Origin: an uncultured Actinomycetes bacterium
GTDB taxonomy: Bacteria; Actinomycetota; Coriobacteriia; Anaerosomatales; CAVRZR01
Direction of reading: 5' to 3'
Assembly: GCA_963817255.1 (NCBI GenBank)
Contig: CAWFNT010000001.1
Span: 67,456 to 131,455 of the forward strand
Length of the DNA stretch: 64,000 nucleotides
The position numbers were made by a program, and so were the translations under genes. Shown one piece after another: positions 20,871-32,000 of this stretch; position 1 is the stretch's first letter; every line of letters starts with the position of its first letter. The notes below the pieces were generated by a model, which saw only the letters and a list, made by a program, of their open reading frames with translations, searched no databases and had not been told where the DNA came from.

Positions 20871-21572
20871 ATGGCGCGTATGAGGATCACGGTCACAGAA
20901 GACGGACCCTATCTTGTGTCGGGGAGCGTTCCGCTTCTGCGTCTCGAGATTGTGACGAACGACATCGGCGAGTCTGTCGCATGGCGGGAGATCGAACGCA
21001 TCGACACTGGGGAGCGCTATCAGCTCTGCCGGTGCGGCCGATCCCAGGACAAGCCGTTTTGCGACGGTTCCCACGCGGAGGTCGGATTCGACGGGACAGA
21101 GACCGCCGGACACGAGTCGGTTCTCGAACTCTCGGTGCCCATCGACGGCCCAGGCATACGTATCCGGGACGCGAGGAAGCTCTGCGCGGAGGCGCGCTAT
21201 TGCGACCGTGCAGGCGGGTTGTGGAATCTCGTGCAGCGCTGCGACGATCCCGAGATCCTGGCGCTTGTAGAAGAAGAGGCCATGCTCTGCCCGTCCGGGC
21301 GATACACCGCATGCACTGGCGATACCGACGAGGCTCTCGAGCCCGACTACGAACCCTCGATCGGGCTGGTCGAAGATCCCGAGCTGGGTGTGAGCGGCCC
21401 CCTGTTCGTGCGCGGTGGAATCCTCATCGAGGGCGCCGATGGCGTCGCCTACGAGGTACGAAACCGGGTGACGCTGTGTCGGTGCGGCGAATCGCGCAAC
21501 AAGCCCTTCTGCGACGGGTCGCACATCAAGGCGGAGTTCCACGACGCGACGAAAGGACCCCGCGAGCGCTAG
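20871..21572 (+). CDS. CDGSH iron-sulfur domain protein (two CDGSH motifs plus central Fe-S domain)
   Basis: LCRCGRSQDKPFCDGSH and LCRCGESRNKPFCDGSH; CAEARYC..CPSG. Confidence 0.92.
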   Translation: MARMRITVTEDGPYLVSGSVPLLRLEIVTNDIGESVAWREIERIDTGERYQLCRCGRSQDKPFCDGSHAEVGFDGTETAGHESVLELSVPIDGPGIRIRDARKLCAEARYCDRAGGLWNLVQRCDDPEILALVEEEAMLCPSGRYTACTGDTDEALEPDYEPSIGLVEDPELGVSGPLFVRGGILIEGADGVAYEVRNRVTLCRCGESRNKPFCDGSHIKAEFHDATKGPRER

Positions 21573-22372
21573 CCGCGACGTGCGGGTTCGACTGGTGTGA
21601 AACGCGCTACGTCGGGCCCGTCGGCGGGAAGCTCCCACGTCCCGCTCACTCCCTCGTGTTCGCTGCCGAGCTCGACATGGAGCATGGCGATACCGAGGTC
21701 GATCGCCGCAGTCCAATACAGCGTCCGCGCCTTCCTGAGGACGAGTACCCCGTTCTCGAACCGGAACCTCCAGGGCTGCGAGTTGCCTCCCGAGGGCGCC
21801 CTCCTCGCAGCATCGAGAGCGCCGCGTGCCCACTCCGGCCACGTGGTGAGATCCGCGCCCGGTGCGAGCTTCTCGAGAGGACGGCGCGCGTCCGCCTGCA
21901 CGATCGAGCGCATCCTCTGCTCTCCGTTCCTCATCCCAGTCTCGGCCACGCCGAGCGCAACGATCGCCGGCACGCGCTCCTCGGCGGAGAGGTTCACGAG
22001 AGAAGCGGCCCGCTTCCGACTGAACGCCCCCGCGATCCAGCACGTGTCCAGACCGAGGCGCGTTGCCTCGAGAACGAAGGCCTCACCCACGTAGCCGACC
22101 TCGAGGTCGTTGTCGTTCGCGCCAACGAGTAGTCCTGCCGAGGGCGCGCCGACGACCCTTCCGTAGCTCCCGACCAGACCGGTGAACAGATCCTCGGGCG
22201 CTCGTTTGACGAGGGCGACGCGTGCCGTATTCGCCGAAGGGAATGAGACCGGCTCGAATGATTGGCAGTGTACGGCCAGCCGTTCTAGAACGTCCTGGTC
22301 GATAGGCTCGCCAGTGAAACGACGACGCGAAACGCGGCGCTCGATTGCGTCGTACCATGCGTGATCGAGCAC
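21569..22372 (-). CDS. Nitroreductase family protein
   Basis: RRVSRRRF, APSGGNSQPWRF, IDLGIAMLH. Confidence 0.85.
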   Translation of the reverse strand: MLDHAWYDAIERRVSRRRFTGEPIDQDVLERLAVHCQSFEPVSFPSANTARVALVKRAPEDLFTGLVGSYGRVVGAPSAGLLVGANDNDLEVGYVGEAFVLEATRLGLDTCWIAGAFSRKRAASLVNLSAEERVPAIVALGVAETGMRNGEQRMRSIVQADARRPLEKLAPGADLTTWPEWARGALDAARRAPSGGNSQPWRFRFENGVLVLRKARTLYWTAAIDLGIAMLHVELGSEHEGVSGTWELPADGPDVARFTPVEPARRG

Positions 22373-22440
22373 GGGGCTCCTTCAGAGAGGGGCGCGCGGC
22401 GAGCGATGGGGCATCGCCCGACATCCGCCGGGACTCGGTG

Positions 22441-23484
22441 TCAGGCGTCGAAATGCTGGAGGACCTGGAGCGCTCTGAGCGTAAGCCACTTGCTCGGCTG
22501 GCCCTTCTTCTCGACGTCGGCGAGCATCTTACCGTTGAAACTGTTGCGCAGCGCCCAGCGCCATTGGTCGTCAGCCGCGCTGCGCACGGCATCCAGCGCG
22601 AGGTCGTACTCCGTGCAGTGCGGCTCGCCGAGGGCCGTAAGTGCTGCGAGCGCTTCCAGCGCGTCCGAGTTGTACGACAGGGGATAGCCGAACTTGAGCC
22701 AGCCTGGCTTCTCGCGGTACTCGAGCGGCGAGTGCTCCGCCACGTAGCGGTCCCACGCCTCTCGGCGGTCTTCCTTCGGCACGTGCCAGATGTAGTCGGC
22801 GAACTCTTTGGCGCCTTCAGGAACGTACCGGTAGACCTGCTTGGCGCGAAGCGCCTCGACGGCCGCGCCGCGAAGCTCGTCGGCACCCTCCGGCCAAACG
22901 TCTCGGGGTACCTCGGCCAGGAAGAGCAACACTTTGGGCGCGAGCATGTGGCAGTAGCCGTTGAGGTAGAAGGGCGCGAGTTCCCGACAGCCCAGCACCC
23001 CGGTTTCCGCGTAAGAGCGCGCGATCTGCGCGAGAGCGGCGACCACGCGCTCGTCGCGCGCCTGTCCGAGCCGGGCAAGCGCGCGGCCGACGTTGGCCGT
23101 GAGGCAGGGGATGGCTGCGACGGGACGCCCGTTGCAGCTCCACGAGCCGTCGGGAAGCTGGCGAGAGAACGCGTAGTCGATGGCGCGCGCGAGTCGTTCG
23201 TCGGACTCGTCGGCGTACAGCTCCCCAAGGAAGTGGATCTGCCAAAGGCCGCCGCCATACTTGCTGTAGTCGCGCGCGGGTGGGGCCCAGGTTCCGTCTT
23301 CGCGCACGGCGTCTAGGATGGCTGCAACAGGCGCGTACTCGTTGCGTCGCGCCCAGAGCGCCTCGATCGCCGGGGTGTCGGGTTCGTGCAGGAGGGTGCG
23401 GCGCGCGAGCACCGCAACTGCAGGGTTGTCATCGGCGAGCAGCCAGTCGAGCGTCGTCTGCGGCACCTGCGCAAGGACTCCCAC
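22441..23484 (-). CDS. Prenyltransferase/squalene-cyclase-like alpha-barrel hypothetical protein
   Basis: LDWLL, QLPDGSW, FGYP..YNSDALEAL, GQPSKWLTLRAL. Confidence 0.65.
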   Translation of the reverse strand: MGVLAQVPQTTLDWLLADDNPAVAVLARRTLLHEPDTPAIEALWARRNEYAPVAAILDAVREDGTWAPPARDYSKYGGGLWQIHFLGELYADESDERLARAIDYAFSRQLPDGSWSCNGRPVAAIPCLTANVGRALARLGQARDERVVAALAQIARSYAETGVLGCRELAPFYLNGYCHMLAPKVLLFLAEVPRDVWPEGADELRGAAVEALRAKQVYRYVPEGAKEFADYIWHVPKEDRREAWDRYVAEHSPLEYREKPGWLKFGYPLSYNSDALEALAALTALGEPHCTEYDLALDAVRSAADDQWRWALRNSFNGKMLADVEKKGQPSKWLTLRALQVLQHFDA

Positions 23485-23487
23485 CGT

Positions 23488-23961
23488 CTACCGCTTTGCT
23501 ACCGGGAACTGAATCTCAGTGAGGTACTCCTCGGGAGCCACCTCGTTTGGATCCGACATGTAGATCTCCATGGGAGGGCCGCTCATCTCGTAGCCCTCAG
23601 TGGCGATCCACCCGCCCAGTTCGCGGTACGTGGCTTCGACGCCCTCGTAGGGGCCCTTGTGGATCGTGGCTGCAACGCGCTGCGGTGGCACCTGCTTCAC
23701 CCCGAGACCACGCTCGTCGGGTCCGGCCGCGGGGGCGTCGCCCGCGACCGGCGCCCAGAGCTCCCACTGGGCCTCCGACTCCGGTCCAGCGTCGGGTGCG
23801 GTGAAGTAGACAGCGTGCGGCATTCCGGCCGGCACGAACCCGCTGGCTGCGACGAACCCGTAGAGCTGCCCTAGTCCCTCAGGGATCTGGGCGTAGGGGC
23901 CGCGCATCGCGAGGAACGCGACGGTCATTGGCTCGGTCTGCTTGACTGAGACGTCGATCAT
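23488..23961 (-). CDS. GyrI-like small-molecule-binding domain protein
   Basis: HKGPYEG..YREL..EIYMSDP..TEIQFPV. Confidence 0.88.
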   Translation of the reverse strand: MIDVSVKQTEPMTVAFLAMRGPYAQIPEGLGQLYGFVAASGFVPAGMPHAVYFTAPDAGPESEAQWELWAPVAGDAPAAGPDERGLGVKQVPPQRVAATIHKGPYEGVEATYRELGGWIATEGYEMSGPPMEIYMSDPNEVAPEEYLTEIQFPVAKR

Positions 23962-24113
23962 CCCGATCACCTCCGCGTGGGATATACCCGTTCGCGCGGA
24001 GGCAAAGGGTGGCCCTTGCGGACCGGACGCGGGAAGTCTCGGCCCAATGGGGCAGAATGGCGTCGGGCGCTCGTCGACCGCGCGAACTGTCCTGGGCCTT
24101 CGGAGAGGACACG

Positions 24114-24626
24114 ATGACCGTCCATAGCGCAGGGATCCTGCTGTTTCGCCGAGACGCATGCCAGGGCGCGGACGGCGACTGCGGCATCGAGGTACTGCTT
24201 GCACACCCAGGTGGCCCGTTCTTCGCGCGCAAGGACGAAGGTGCGTGGTCGATCCCGAAGGGCGAGTTCGATCCTGGGCGCGAGGATGCGCTGTCCGCTG
24301 CGCTACGTGAATTCGCCGAGGAGACGGGCGCGGAGCTCGACGGCCCGCCCTTCGTGGAACTCGGTTCGGTACTCCAGCGAAAAGGCAAGATCGTGCACGC
24401 TTTTGCCTTCGAGGGAGAGTTTGACGTGCAGACGCTCGTCAGCAACACCTTCGAGCTCGAATGGCCGCCACACTCCGGCAGGATGCAAGTCGTTCCGGAG
24501 ATCGATCGGGCGGCGTGGTATGGCGTGGCCGAAGCACGCCTCAAGGTGCACGCGAAGCAGCAAGTCTTCATCGATAGGCTGCTCGAGGTGTTGCACGCGG
24601 ATAGCCGGCCCGCGGTGGATCGCTAG
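24114..24626 (+). CDS. NUDIX hydrolase
   Basis: HPGGPFF..WSIPKGE..ALREFAEETG. Confidence 0.9.
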   Translation: MTVHSAGILLFRRDACQGADGDCGIEVLLAHPGGPFFARKDEGAWSIPKGEFDPGREDALSAALREFAEETGAELDGPPFVELGSVLQRKGKIVHAFAFEGEFDVQTLVSNTFELEWPPHSGRMQVVPEIDRAAWYGVAEARLKVHAKQQVFIDRLLEVLHADSRPAVDR

Positions 24627-24629
24627 GTA

Positions 24630-25787
24630 TCAGACCTCTTCCGGCGCTGGGACCGGTGCCGGCGACGGCGCAACCTTCGGCCGCATGCCAAAGAGGAACC
24701 GCAGGGCCGGGATCCGACGCACGATCTCGTACAGCGCGTACGTGCCGACAACCGCCGTTACGAATACCGCGAGCCACTCTATAGGCAGCGCCGCGCGCAT
24801 CCGGACGAGGTAGAAGGCGGCAACCACGATCACCGTCTGGTGGATGATGTAGACCGGATACGAGGACTCGGCGAGGTAGGCCAGCGCGGGTGACGTCCGA
24901 TCGAGCCATCGTCTGCCGACCCCCAGGAAGCCCACGATCGACATCCAGGTGCCGAGGAAGCCCAGCAGGTTCGCGCCAAACAGCTGAAACGAGGGATCCG
25001 GGAATGAATCGCGCATCGTCCCGGTGGCCACGTACGCGCCGCACAGTATCAACCCCACGGGCAGCGCCCACAGGGCGTGCCGCTCGGCGGATTCCATGAA
25101 GACATCGCTCGTCATGATGGCGTAGCCGAAGACGAAGAACACCAGGTAGAAGAAGAGGTTCTTGCCCGCGATGGCCGGGAGACCCTCCGAGAACCAGATG
25201 ACGAACGCCGGGAGCAGCCACCAGGCCGGGCGTGAGAGCAGGCGCGCGAAACGCTGCATCGCCGACTCTCCTCGCGGCTTCTTGCCCCACAGAAAGAGGG
25301 GCAGCACGATGAACGTGATCACCAGCAGGAACAGGATGAACCACAGCTGCCCGATGCCGAACCCGCCGTAGTAGTCGCCGCCATCCTGGATGTTGAACTT
25401 CAGGAACGCACCGCTCGTGATGTAGGTGATGAACGATCCGGTGTATCCGGAGTTGTACTGAGCGCCGATCCAGGTCTGCGGCGGGATGAGGAAGAAGATG
25501 CCGAAGACGAGCGGGACCAACAGCCGCTGCACGCGCTCGGTCGAGAACTGCCCACCGCTGCGTCTGCGCAAGGAGAAGTATGCCGAGGCGCCCGCGAGCA
25601 GGAAGAGCAGCTGCATGTGCCACATCGAGATGAACGCGAGGATGTAGCCGAGGGCCACCGAGAGATACGTGCCCTTGATGTAGAAGGGCTCCCCGTAGTT
25701 GAACACGCGCGACGTATGGAAGGGGAAAAGGAGAAGAACCGCGAGGACTCGTAGCCAGTCGATGTAGTGGAGTCGCTTGCCGACCAT
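24630..25787 (-). CDS. Acyltransferase-3 family membrane protein (OpgC-like)
   Basis: RLHYIDWLRV, WHMQLLFLLAG, SYPVYIIHQ. Confidence 0.87.
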   Translation of the reverse strand: MVGKRLHYIDWLRVLAVLLLFPFHTSRVFNYGEPFYIKGTYLSVALGYILAFISMWHMQLLFLLAGASAYFSLRRRSGGQFSTERVQRLLVPLVFGIFFLIPPQTWIGAQYNSGYTGSFITYITSGAFLKFNIQDGGDYYGGFGIGQLWFILFLLVITFIVLPLFLWGKKPRGESAMQRFARLLSRPAWWLLPAFVIWFSEGLPAIAGKNLFFYLVFFVFGYAIMTSDVFMESAERHALWALPVGLILCGAYVATGTMRDSFPDPSFQLFGANLLGFLGTWMSIVGFLGVGRRWLDRTSPALAYLAESSYPVYIIHQTVIVVAAFYLVRMRAALPIEWLAVFVTAVVGTYALYEIVRRIPALRFLFGMRPKVAPSPAPVPAPEEV

Positions 25788-25868
25788 GATTCCGAACCCC
25801 CAATCGACGCGCTCATCCTACGCGCGGTTGGGGCGGTTTTCCAGTCCCGGCACGCGACCAGCGGCGAG

Positions 25869-26228
25869 CTACTTGGCCTTCATCCACCATTCGGTGAACT
25901 CATATGCGCTGCCGTCAGGCGCAAGCCGAACGACCCATATGTTGTGATAGGTCTTGGGCGATCCGTCCGGCGGCTCGGCCGGGTAGTGCGTGACGCCCCT
26001 GACCACTGCCGTGTCTCCGCACTCGGCAATGACGTCGAACTCGAACGCCCACTCGGTTCCTGAGTCTCCGCGCTCGATCCACTTCCGCACGATCGTCTCG
26101 CGATCGACCCACGGTTCGGCGTATGGCTCGGTGTAGTAGCGCGCGTCCTCGGTGAAGAGCGCCGCGATGTCATCCGGGGCATCGGATGCCCAGGCCTTCA
26201 GGTATCCCTGCAACCACTGCTCGATCAT
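25869..26228 (-). CDS. NTF2/SnoaL-like protein
   Basis: YLKAW..ALFTEDARY..EFTEWW. Confidence 0.85.
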   Translation of the reverse strand: MIEQWLQGYLKAWASDAPDDIAALFTEDARYYTEPYAEPWVDRETIVRKWIERGDSGTEWAFEFDVIAECGDTAVVRGVTHYPAEPPDGSPKTYHNIWVVRLAPDGSAYEFTEWWMKAK

Positions 26229-26264
26229 CGCGGTGCCCCCTTGTCGCTCGCCCTACGGCCCTTC

Positions 26265-26603
26265 TTACGCTAGCGCGTTGAGCGCGGCCTGCGCAATCCA
26301 GAGCGTGACCATGCCCGCGACAAGTGTCGCGAGCGTGTTCTTGGTGCGTATGGCGACGAACAGCGCGACGACCGCGGCGATCGTGCGCTCGGGCGCGGGG
26401 TTGTACTGGCCGTGCACCTTGAGATACAGCGCACCAGGCACGACCATCACCGTGAGCGCTGCCACGGGCACGTGCTTGAGCAGCCGGGAGAGCCAGGGCG
26501 GATGTGGCACGTGGCCGTGAAGCATGATGGGCAGGCTTCGCATCGCCCACGTGCCGATGGCGAGCACGAGGATGAGCACCCAGAACTGCGCGAGGGCGGT
26601 CAT
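26265..26603 (-). CDS. azlD: AzlD-like branched-chain amino acid exporter small subunit
   Basis: Starts MTALAQFW; LKHVPVAAL, RTKNTLATLVAGM. Confidence 0.75.
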   Translation of the reverse strand: MTALAQFWVLILVLAIGTWAMRSLPIMLHGHVPHPPWLSRLLKHVPVAALTVMVVPGALYLKVHGQYNPAPERTIAAVVALFVAIRTKNTLATLVAGMVTLWIAQAALNALA

Positions 26604-27341
26604 GGGCGAGGCTCTGTCAGCTCGGTGCGTGTGCTCGGCGTGTTCCTCGGGGGTCTCCCGATCGCGCCACGTTCCGTACAGCATCCCTGTAACGAGCGCC
26701 ACAACGAGGCCGCTTTGGAGCGGCAGGACAGGGACGAGCACCGCGGCCGCCAGGCCCGTTACGATTGCGACCTCGACCGCGATGCGATCCTTGAGCGCGG
26801 GGGCAAGCAGCGCCAAGAAGACGAGCGGTACCGCGAAATCGAGCCCCCACGACGCCGGGACGAGGGGACCGAGAAGCGCACCGGCGATGTTCGAGACCTG
26901 CCACACGCCTGCCAGCGCGAGCCAGCAGCCGACGTAGTACGGGATCACGTCCACGTCTTCTCGGAATCGGCCCACTGTCATCGTCGAGGCGTAGTTCTGA
27001 TCCACGAGCATGTGGCCGAGGAGCGGCCGCAGCTTGGGCGAGGCGTCCGAGAGCACCGGTGCGATCGAGGTGCTGTAGATGAACATGCGCGCGTTCACGA
27101 TGAGCGCGGTCGCGAGCGCGATCCACAGCGGAGCGCCGCCCCCGAACAGCGTCGTCGCGACGATCTGCGAAGCGCCGGCGTTGACCAGCAGCGACATCCC
27201 GAGCACTTCGGCCATGCCGAACCCGGCAGCCACGACAGCCGCTCCCGCGACGAGGCCGAACGGCACGATGCCGATGAGTATCGGCGAGATGTCCTTCATG
27301 CCGGCAAGCATGCTGTGTTTGGTGCGCGAGGTCCCGCTCAC
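26600..27341 (-). CDS. azlC: AzlC-family permease (reads in frame into azlD in this sequence)
   Basis: PILIGIVPFG, NAGASQ, NARMFIYS, GLDFAVPLVFL. Confidence 0.85.
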
Positions 27342-27850
27342 AGGTCGAGCCTCAACCAGCTGATGCCCGGCCAGTGCATGTCGTCGCGGTACGGTTCGGT
27401 CGTCTGGTAGCCGAGGCGCTCGTACAGGTGTTGCGCGAGCGGCATCATCTCGGCGGACGTCGTGAGCACGAGCGCCGAGTAGCCGCGCGCCCGGGCCTCC
27501 TCCTCCGAGCGCTTCATGAGCCCGAGGGCAATGCCGCGCTGCCGATACTCCGGCCTCACGAACAGGCGCTTCAGCTCGCCGAACGCTTCGGCACCGGTGC
27601 CCTGTACGCGCGCCTCAACCGGTACGGGCTGCAAGCCGATGACGCCGACAGGCACGTCGGACACGCATGCGAGAAGCAGCGCTCCCGCAGGTTGGGCGTA
27701 CGGCCCGGGCAGGCGCTCGACCTCGTCGGCAAGGTGTCCGCCCTGCGCGAGATCCCAGCCGAGCGACTCGGCGTACGCCAGGAACAGCGCACGTACCTGA
27801 TCGAAGTCGCGGGGCGCGAGCGCTTCGTAGATGTGAGCTGTCTCGGTCAT
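27338..27850 (-). CDS. GNAT N-acetyltransferase
   Basis: ELKRLFVRPEYRQRGIA..AQHLYERLGY. Confidence 0.9.
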   Translation of the reverse strand: MTETAHIYEALAPRDFDQVRALFLAYAESLGWDLAQGGHLADEVERLPGPYAQPAGALLLACVSDVPVGVIGLQPVPVEARVQGTGAEAFGELKRLFVRPEYRQRGIALGLMKRSEEEARARGYSALVLTTSAEMMPLAQHLYERLGYQTTEPYRDDMHWPGISWLRLDL

Positions 27851-27909
27851 GGGTGCGAGTCTACCTTGCCGCAGAGTGGCGTGCCCGGTGCTCAGCAGCC
27901 GCCGCGGCG

Positions 27910-28501
27910 CTAGAACGGCGGGCTACCTTCGACGGCTGAGGCCACCGTGGCCGCGACGCGCTTGGCGCGCGTCTCCGGGCGCTTCGCGGTCGCGATCCAA
28001 TGCAGGATCATCTTGCGCTGTGAGCCTGAGAAGGCGTCGAAACGCTCCACGGCCCCGGGTCGAGCCGCGAGCGCTTCGGCGAGGTCGTCGGGAACGACGA
28101 GGTTCTCGACGTCGTCGAGCATGTTCCACGAGCCGTCGGCTTTGGCCGCCTCGATCGCCGAGCGCGCAACGGGCGGTGAGCAGTCCCTGCGCCTCAAGTC
28201 GCGCGACACGCTCTTTGTTGGACTGCGACCACGTGCTGCCGGGCTTCCTCGGCGTGAAGAGCTGCTGGAACCTGTGTTCGTCGAGCCGCCGTGTGGTGCT
28301 GTCGATCCAGTTGAAACGGACGGCTTCCTCGACTGCCTCCTGGTACGTGAGAGTTGTCCGAGTGCCACCCTTCTTGCCGACGGCGAGCCAGACGCCTCGC
28401 GCAGCGTCGTGGTTGGCTTCCAGCCACGCGCGCCACTCGTCGCGCGACGCCGGTTCCACGAGCGGCAAGTCGTCGAGCGCGCGGGTCACGGGGCGGCCCA
28501 C
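27910..28501 (-). CDS. YdeI/OmpD-associated family protein, frameshift near 28175
   Basis: WRAWLEANH..WIDS..FTPRKPGSTWS, then VPDDLAEAL..AKRPETRAKR. Confidence 0.85.
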
Positions 28502-28543
28502 GCCGTCAGGTGTGTCACTGAAGGATCCGACTCTCCGCGGCCG

Positions 28544-28942
28544 CTAGGCCGACAGTAACCGCGCGACCTGCTCGTCGTCGGCTGTCTTGAGGACGACCGT
28601 GGCCATATCCGCTGCACCCGCAGTGCCGTACGTGTACTCGATGTTGATTCCGGCGTCGGCGATCCGTCGGGCAGCGACCTCGAGGGCGCCGGGCTTGTTG
28701 GGCATGTCCACCACGACGACGCTCTTCTCGCGGACGTCCGCGCCAACGCCGCAGATCGCCGCAGTTGCCTTTGCATTGTCGGTCGTGACCATGAGGAACT
28801 TCGCCTGGCCGTCTCGCTCGTATCCCGAGATCGCGATGATGTTCACGTCGGCGAGACGCAGGGCCTCGGCGATGTCTGCCAGAAGGCCGACCTTTGTGGG
28901 TACCGAACACACGAGCTGCATGGCGGTTCGCGCGGAAGTCAT
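28544..28942 (-). CDS. Tandem ACT-domain protein
   Basis: KVGLLADI..VNIIAI; NKPGAL..GINIEYTYG. Confidence 0.88.
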   Translation of the reverse strand: MTSARTAMQLVCSVPTKVGLLADIAEALRLADVNIIAISGYERDGQAKFLMVTTDNAKATAAICGVGADVREKSVVVVDMPNKPGALEVAARRIADAGINIEYTYGTAGAADMATVVLKTADDEQVARLLSA

Positions 28943-29066
28943 CTCGACCCCTCCTGATGTCATGACTGGATGCTCAGGGATATACCCGTCTTGCGCTTGT
29001 GGACGACCGCGTGCCCGCACAGTCGGCGTCACGTGATCGCGCCCGGCAAGGACAGGTCCGCTCGCC

Positions 29067-32000
29067 TCACAGACGCTCGATGCTGTCGACGAGTGTGACG
29101 AACTCGCCAAACACGTTCTGGTACTGCGCCGAGACGGACTTCGTGCCGACCCCGGCGGTGAGCGTCCAGGACTTGGAGGCGTTGTACGTCGCCCAGCCGC
29201 TCCAAGTCGTGCCGCCGGTGTTCGAGAAGCGCATCTTGGTCGCGCTCGGAACCGCGGAGTTGATGGTCACGGTGCCCGACGTCGTCGAAACCGCGCCGTT
29301 GTTGAGCAGCATCGTGCCCGGCGGATCTGAGAAGCCAACGGCCTCGATGCTGTCCTCCAGGGCGAGGATTCCGCCGAACACGTTCTGGTACTGCCCGAGG
29401 ACCGTCTTGGTGCCGACGGTCGCGTCGAGGGTCCACGACTTGGTCGCGGCGTACGTTACCCAGCCGCTCCAACTTGTGCCGCCGTCGTCGGAGAACCGCA
29501 TCTTGATCGCGTTGGTGACGAGCGAGTCGATCGCGATCTTGTTCGTGGTGGTCGAGCCAGCGCCTCCGTTCAGAAGCATCGTTCCCGGTGGGACTACCCA
29601 CCCGACGGCCTCGATGTCGTCGCTCAGCGTCGCGACCTCGCCCCAGATGTTCTGGTACTGGCCCCTGACGGTCTTGGGACCAGCCCCCGTGCTGAGCGTC
29701 CACGCCTTCGACACGTTGTAGGTCGCCCACCCGCTCCAGCTCGCGCCGTCGTTGGAGAATCGCATCCTCGTCGCGCCCGGCGACTGCGGAGTTGATCGTG
29801 ACCTTGTTCGTCGTGTCGTGGCACGTCCCCGTTGTTAAGCAGCATCGACCCGGCCGGATCGCCGAAGCCGACCGCCTCGATGGTGTCGGAGAGGTGATGA
29901 CGGGAGCGAACGGCGAGATCTGGTACTGCCCGTAGACGGTCTTGGTGCCGGCGCCCGCTGGCAGCGTCCACGCCTTCGAGATGTTGTACGTCGCCCAACC
30001 CGGCCAGCTCACGCCGTCGTTGGAGAAGCGCATCTTCGTCGCGCCGAGAACCGCCGAGTTGATGGTGATCTTGTTCGAGGTGGTCGCAGCCGCCCCGTTG
30101 TTGAGCAGCATCGTCACGATGCCTTGGCCGGCGATCGGCACCGACGATGCTCCCCTCGTCTGGGTCGTCGGAGACGATGTCCAGGCTGGAGCTGAGCGTG
30201 CCCGTCGCCAGCGGCGCATAGGTCAGCGTCACGTCCACCGAGGCGCCCGGGAGCACCTCGCACGGCACGGGCGGCGCTTGCATCGTTAGCCGCGCCGCCG
30301 AATCGAGCGAGAGCTCTCCGATCGTGAGCGGCGCATCGCCCGTGTTCGAGATGGTGACGCTTCGCTGGGCGCTCTGTCCCAGCACGACGTCGCCGAAGTC
30401 GACGGATGCGGGCGACACCTCGATGTCGGGTTGCGTCGGCACCGACTCGGGATACACCTCGACGGTTGCGGTCACGGTGTTCGAGTAGTCCGCACCGTCG
30501 TAGGCGCGATAGAAGAACGTCGCGGTGCCGGTGAAGCCCGCCTCCGGGCGTGAAGACGAAGGAGCCGTCCGGTTCGAGGATCACCGTGCCGTGCGCCGGC
30601 TGCGAGACGAGGTCCGCCGAGAGATCGTCACCCTCGAGGTCGGTGTCGTTCCAGAGCACGCCGGGTGCCTCGATTGAGAGCGTGGTGTCTTGCGACGTCT
30701 ACGTAGGGCGCGAATGGCGTGAGGACGTACGCCGAGCCCTGTGCGCTGTTCGCGTCGATGTCATCGTCACGGGCGCCGAAGATGGCCGTGTCACCCGAGA
30801 TCGCGACAGACGTCGCCGAAGCAGTCGTGGCCGCGCCGTCGGGTGCGACCAGCTTCGCCGTCTGGATCCAGAAGGTGCCGGTAGCGGACGAACGACGTAG
30901 GCCGCGCCCTGGTTGGTATTCAGACCCGACGTCACCCAAGTACGCGCCGACGACGGCCGTGTCGCCCGCGAGCGCGACCGAGGAGCCGAACCAGTCGTAC
31001 GCGCGACCGTCCGCGGCGATAAGTCTGGCCTGTTGGGTCCACGTGGCGCCGGAGCGCGTGAAGACGTAGGCCGCACCTCGGATAGCGGTCGGCGCCGATG
31101 TCGTCCAAGGGCCGGTACCGCCCACGACGGCCGTGTCACCCGAGATCGCGACTGACGTGCCGAAGTCGTCAGACCCGGCGCACCATCGGAAGGAACGAGC
31201 TTGGCCTGTTGCGTCCATGCGGTGCCGGAGTGCGTGAAGACGTAGGCCGAGCCCAGGGCGTAGTTCGCGCCGACGTCAACTCCGTCGGCGCCGACGACCG
31301 CCGTGTCGCCCGAGATCGCGACCGAGCAGCCGAAGGTGTCGTGCGCCGCGCCGTCGGATGCCACCAGCTTCGCCGCTGGGTCCAGGCAGGCGCCGGTGCG
31401 CACGAACACGTACGCCGAGCCCTGTGATGTCGTTCGCGCCGACGTCATCGGCCCAGGCGCCGATCACCGCCGTGTCGTCCGCGAGCGCGACCGAGAAGCC
31501 GAAGCGAGTCCCTCTGTGCGCCGTCGTCGGCGACTGAGCTTGGTCTGCTGCGGTCCACGTGGCGCCGGAGCGCGTGAAGACGTAGGCGGCGCCCTGATCC
31601 CAGTTCTCGCCGACCCCATGCGCACCCCTCGCGCCCACGATCAGCGTGTCGCCCGAGAGCGCGACCGAGCAACCGAAGTAGTCGAACGCCGCGCCGTCGT
31701 CGGCGACTAGCTTGGCCTGCTGCGTCCACGTCGTGCCGGAGCGAGTGAAGACGTAGGCGGCGCCCTGGCTTTCATGGTCGCCTACGCGTGCGAAATCGGC
31801 GCCCACGACCAGGGTGTCGCCAGAGATGGCGACCGATCCGCCCAGCGTGTCGTCTGTGCGCCCCGTCGTCTGCGATGAGCTTGGTGACTTGGCCCGGCAA
31901 GGTCCCATCGGGCACCGCCACCGGCGCGTCGTTCACCGGCGTCACGGTGATGGTGACCGTTGCCGTCGTTCGAGTGCACCTCCGGGTCCCATGCCCGATA

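Noticed and set aside
19830..22043. 737-aa minus-strand ORF and similar long Arg/Ala-rich ORFs (35201-37096, 39929-42100)
   Set aside because: Shadow ORFs typical of high-GC DNA, overlapping well-supported genes and lacking motifs.
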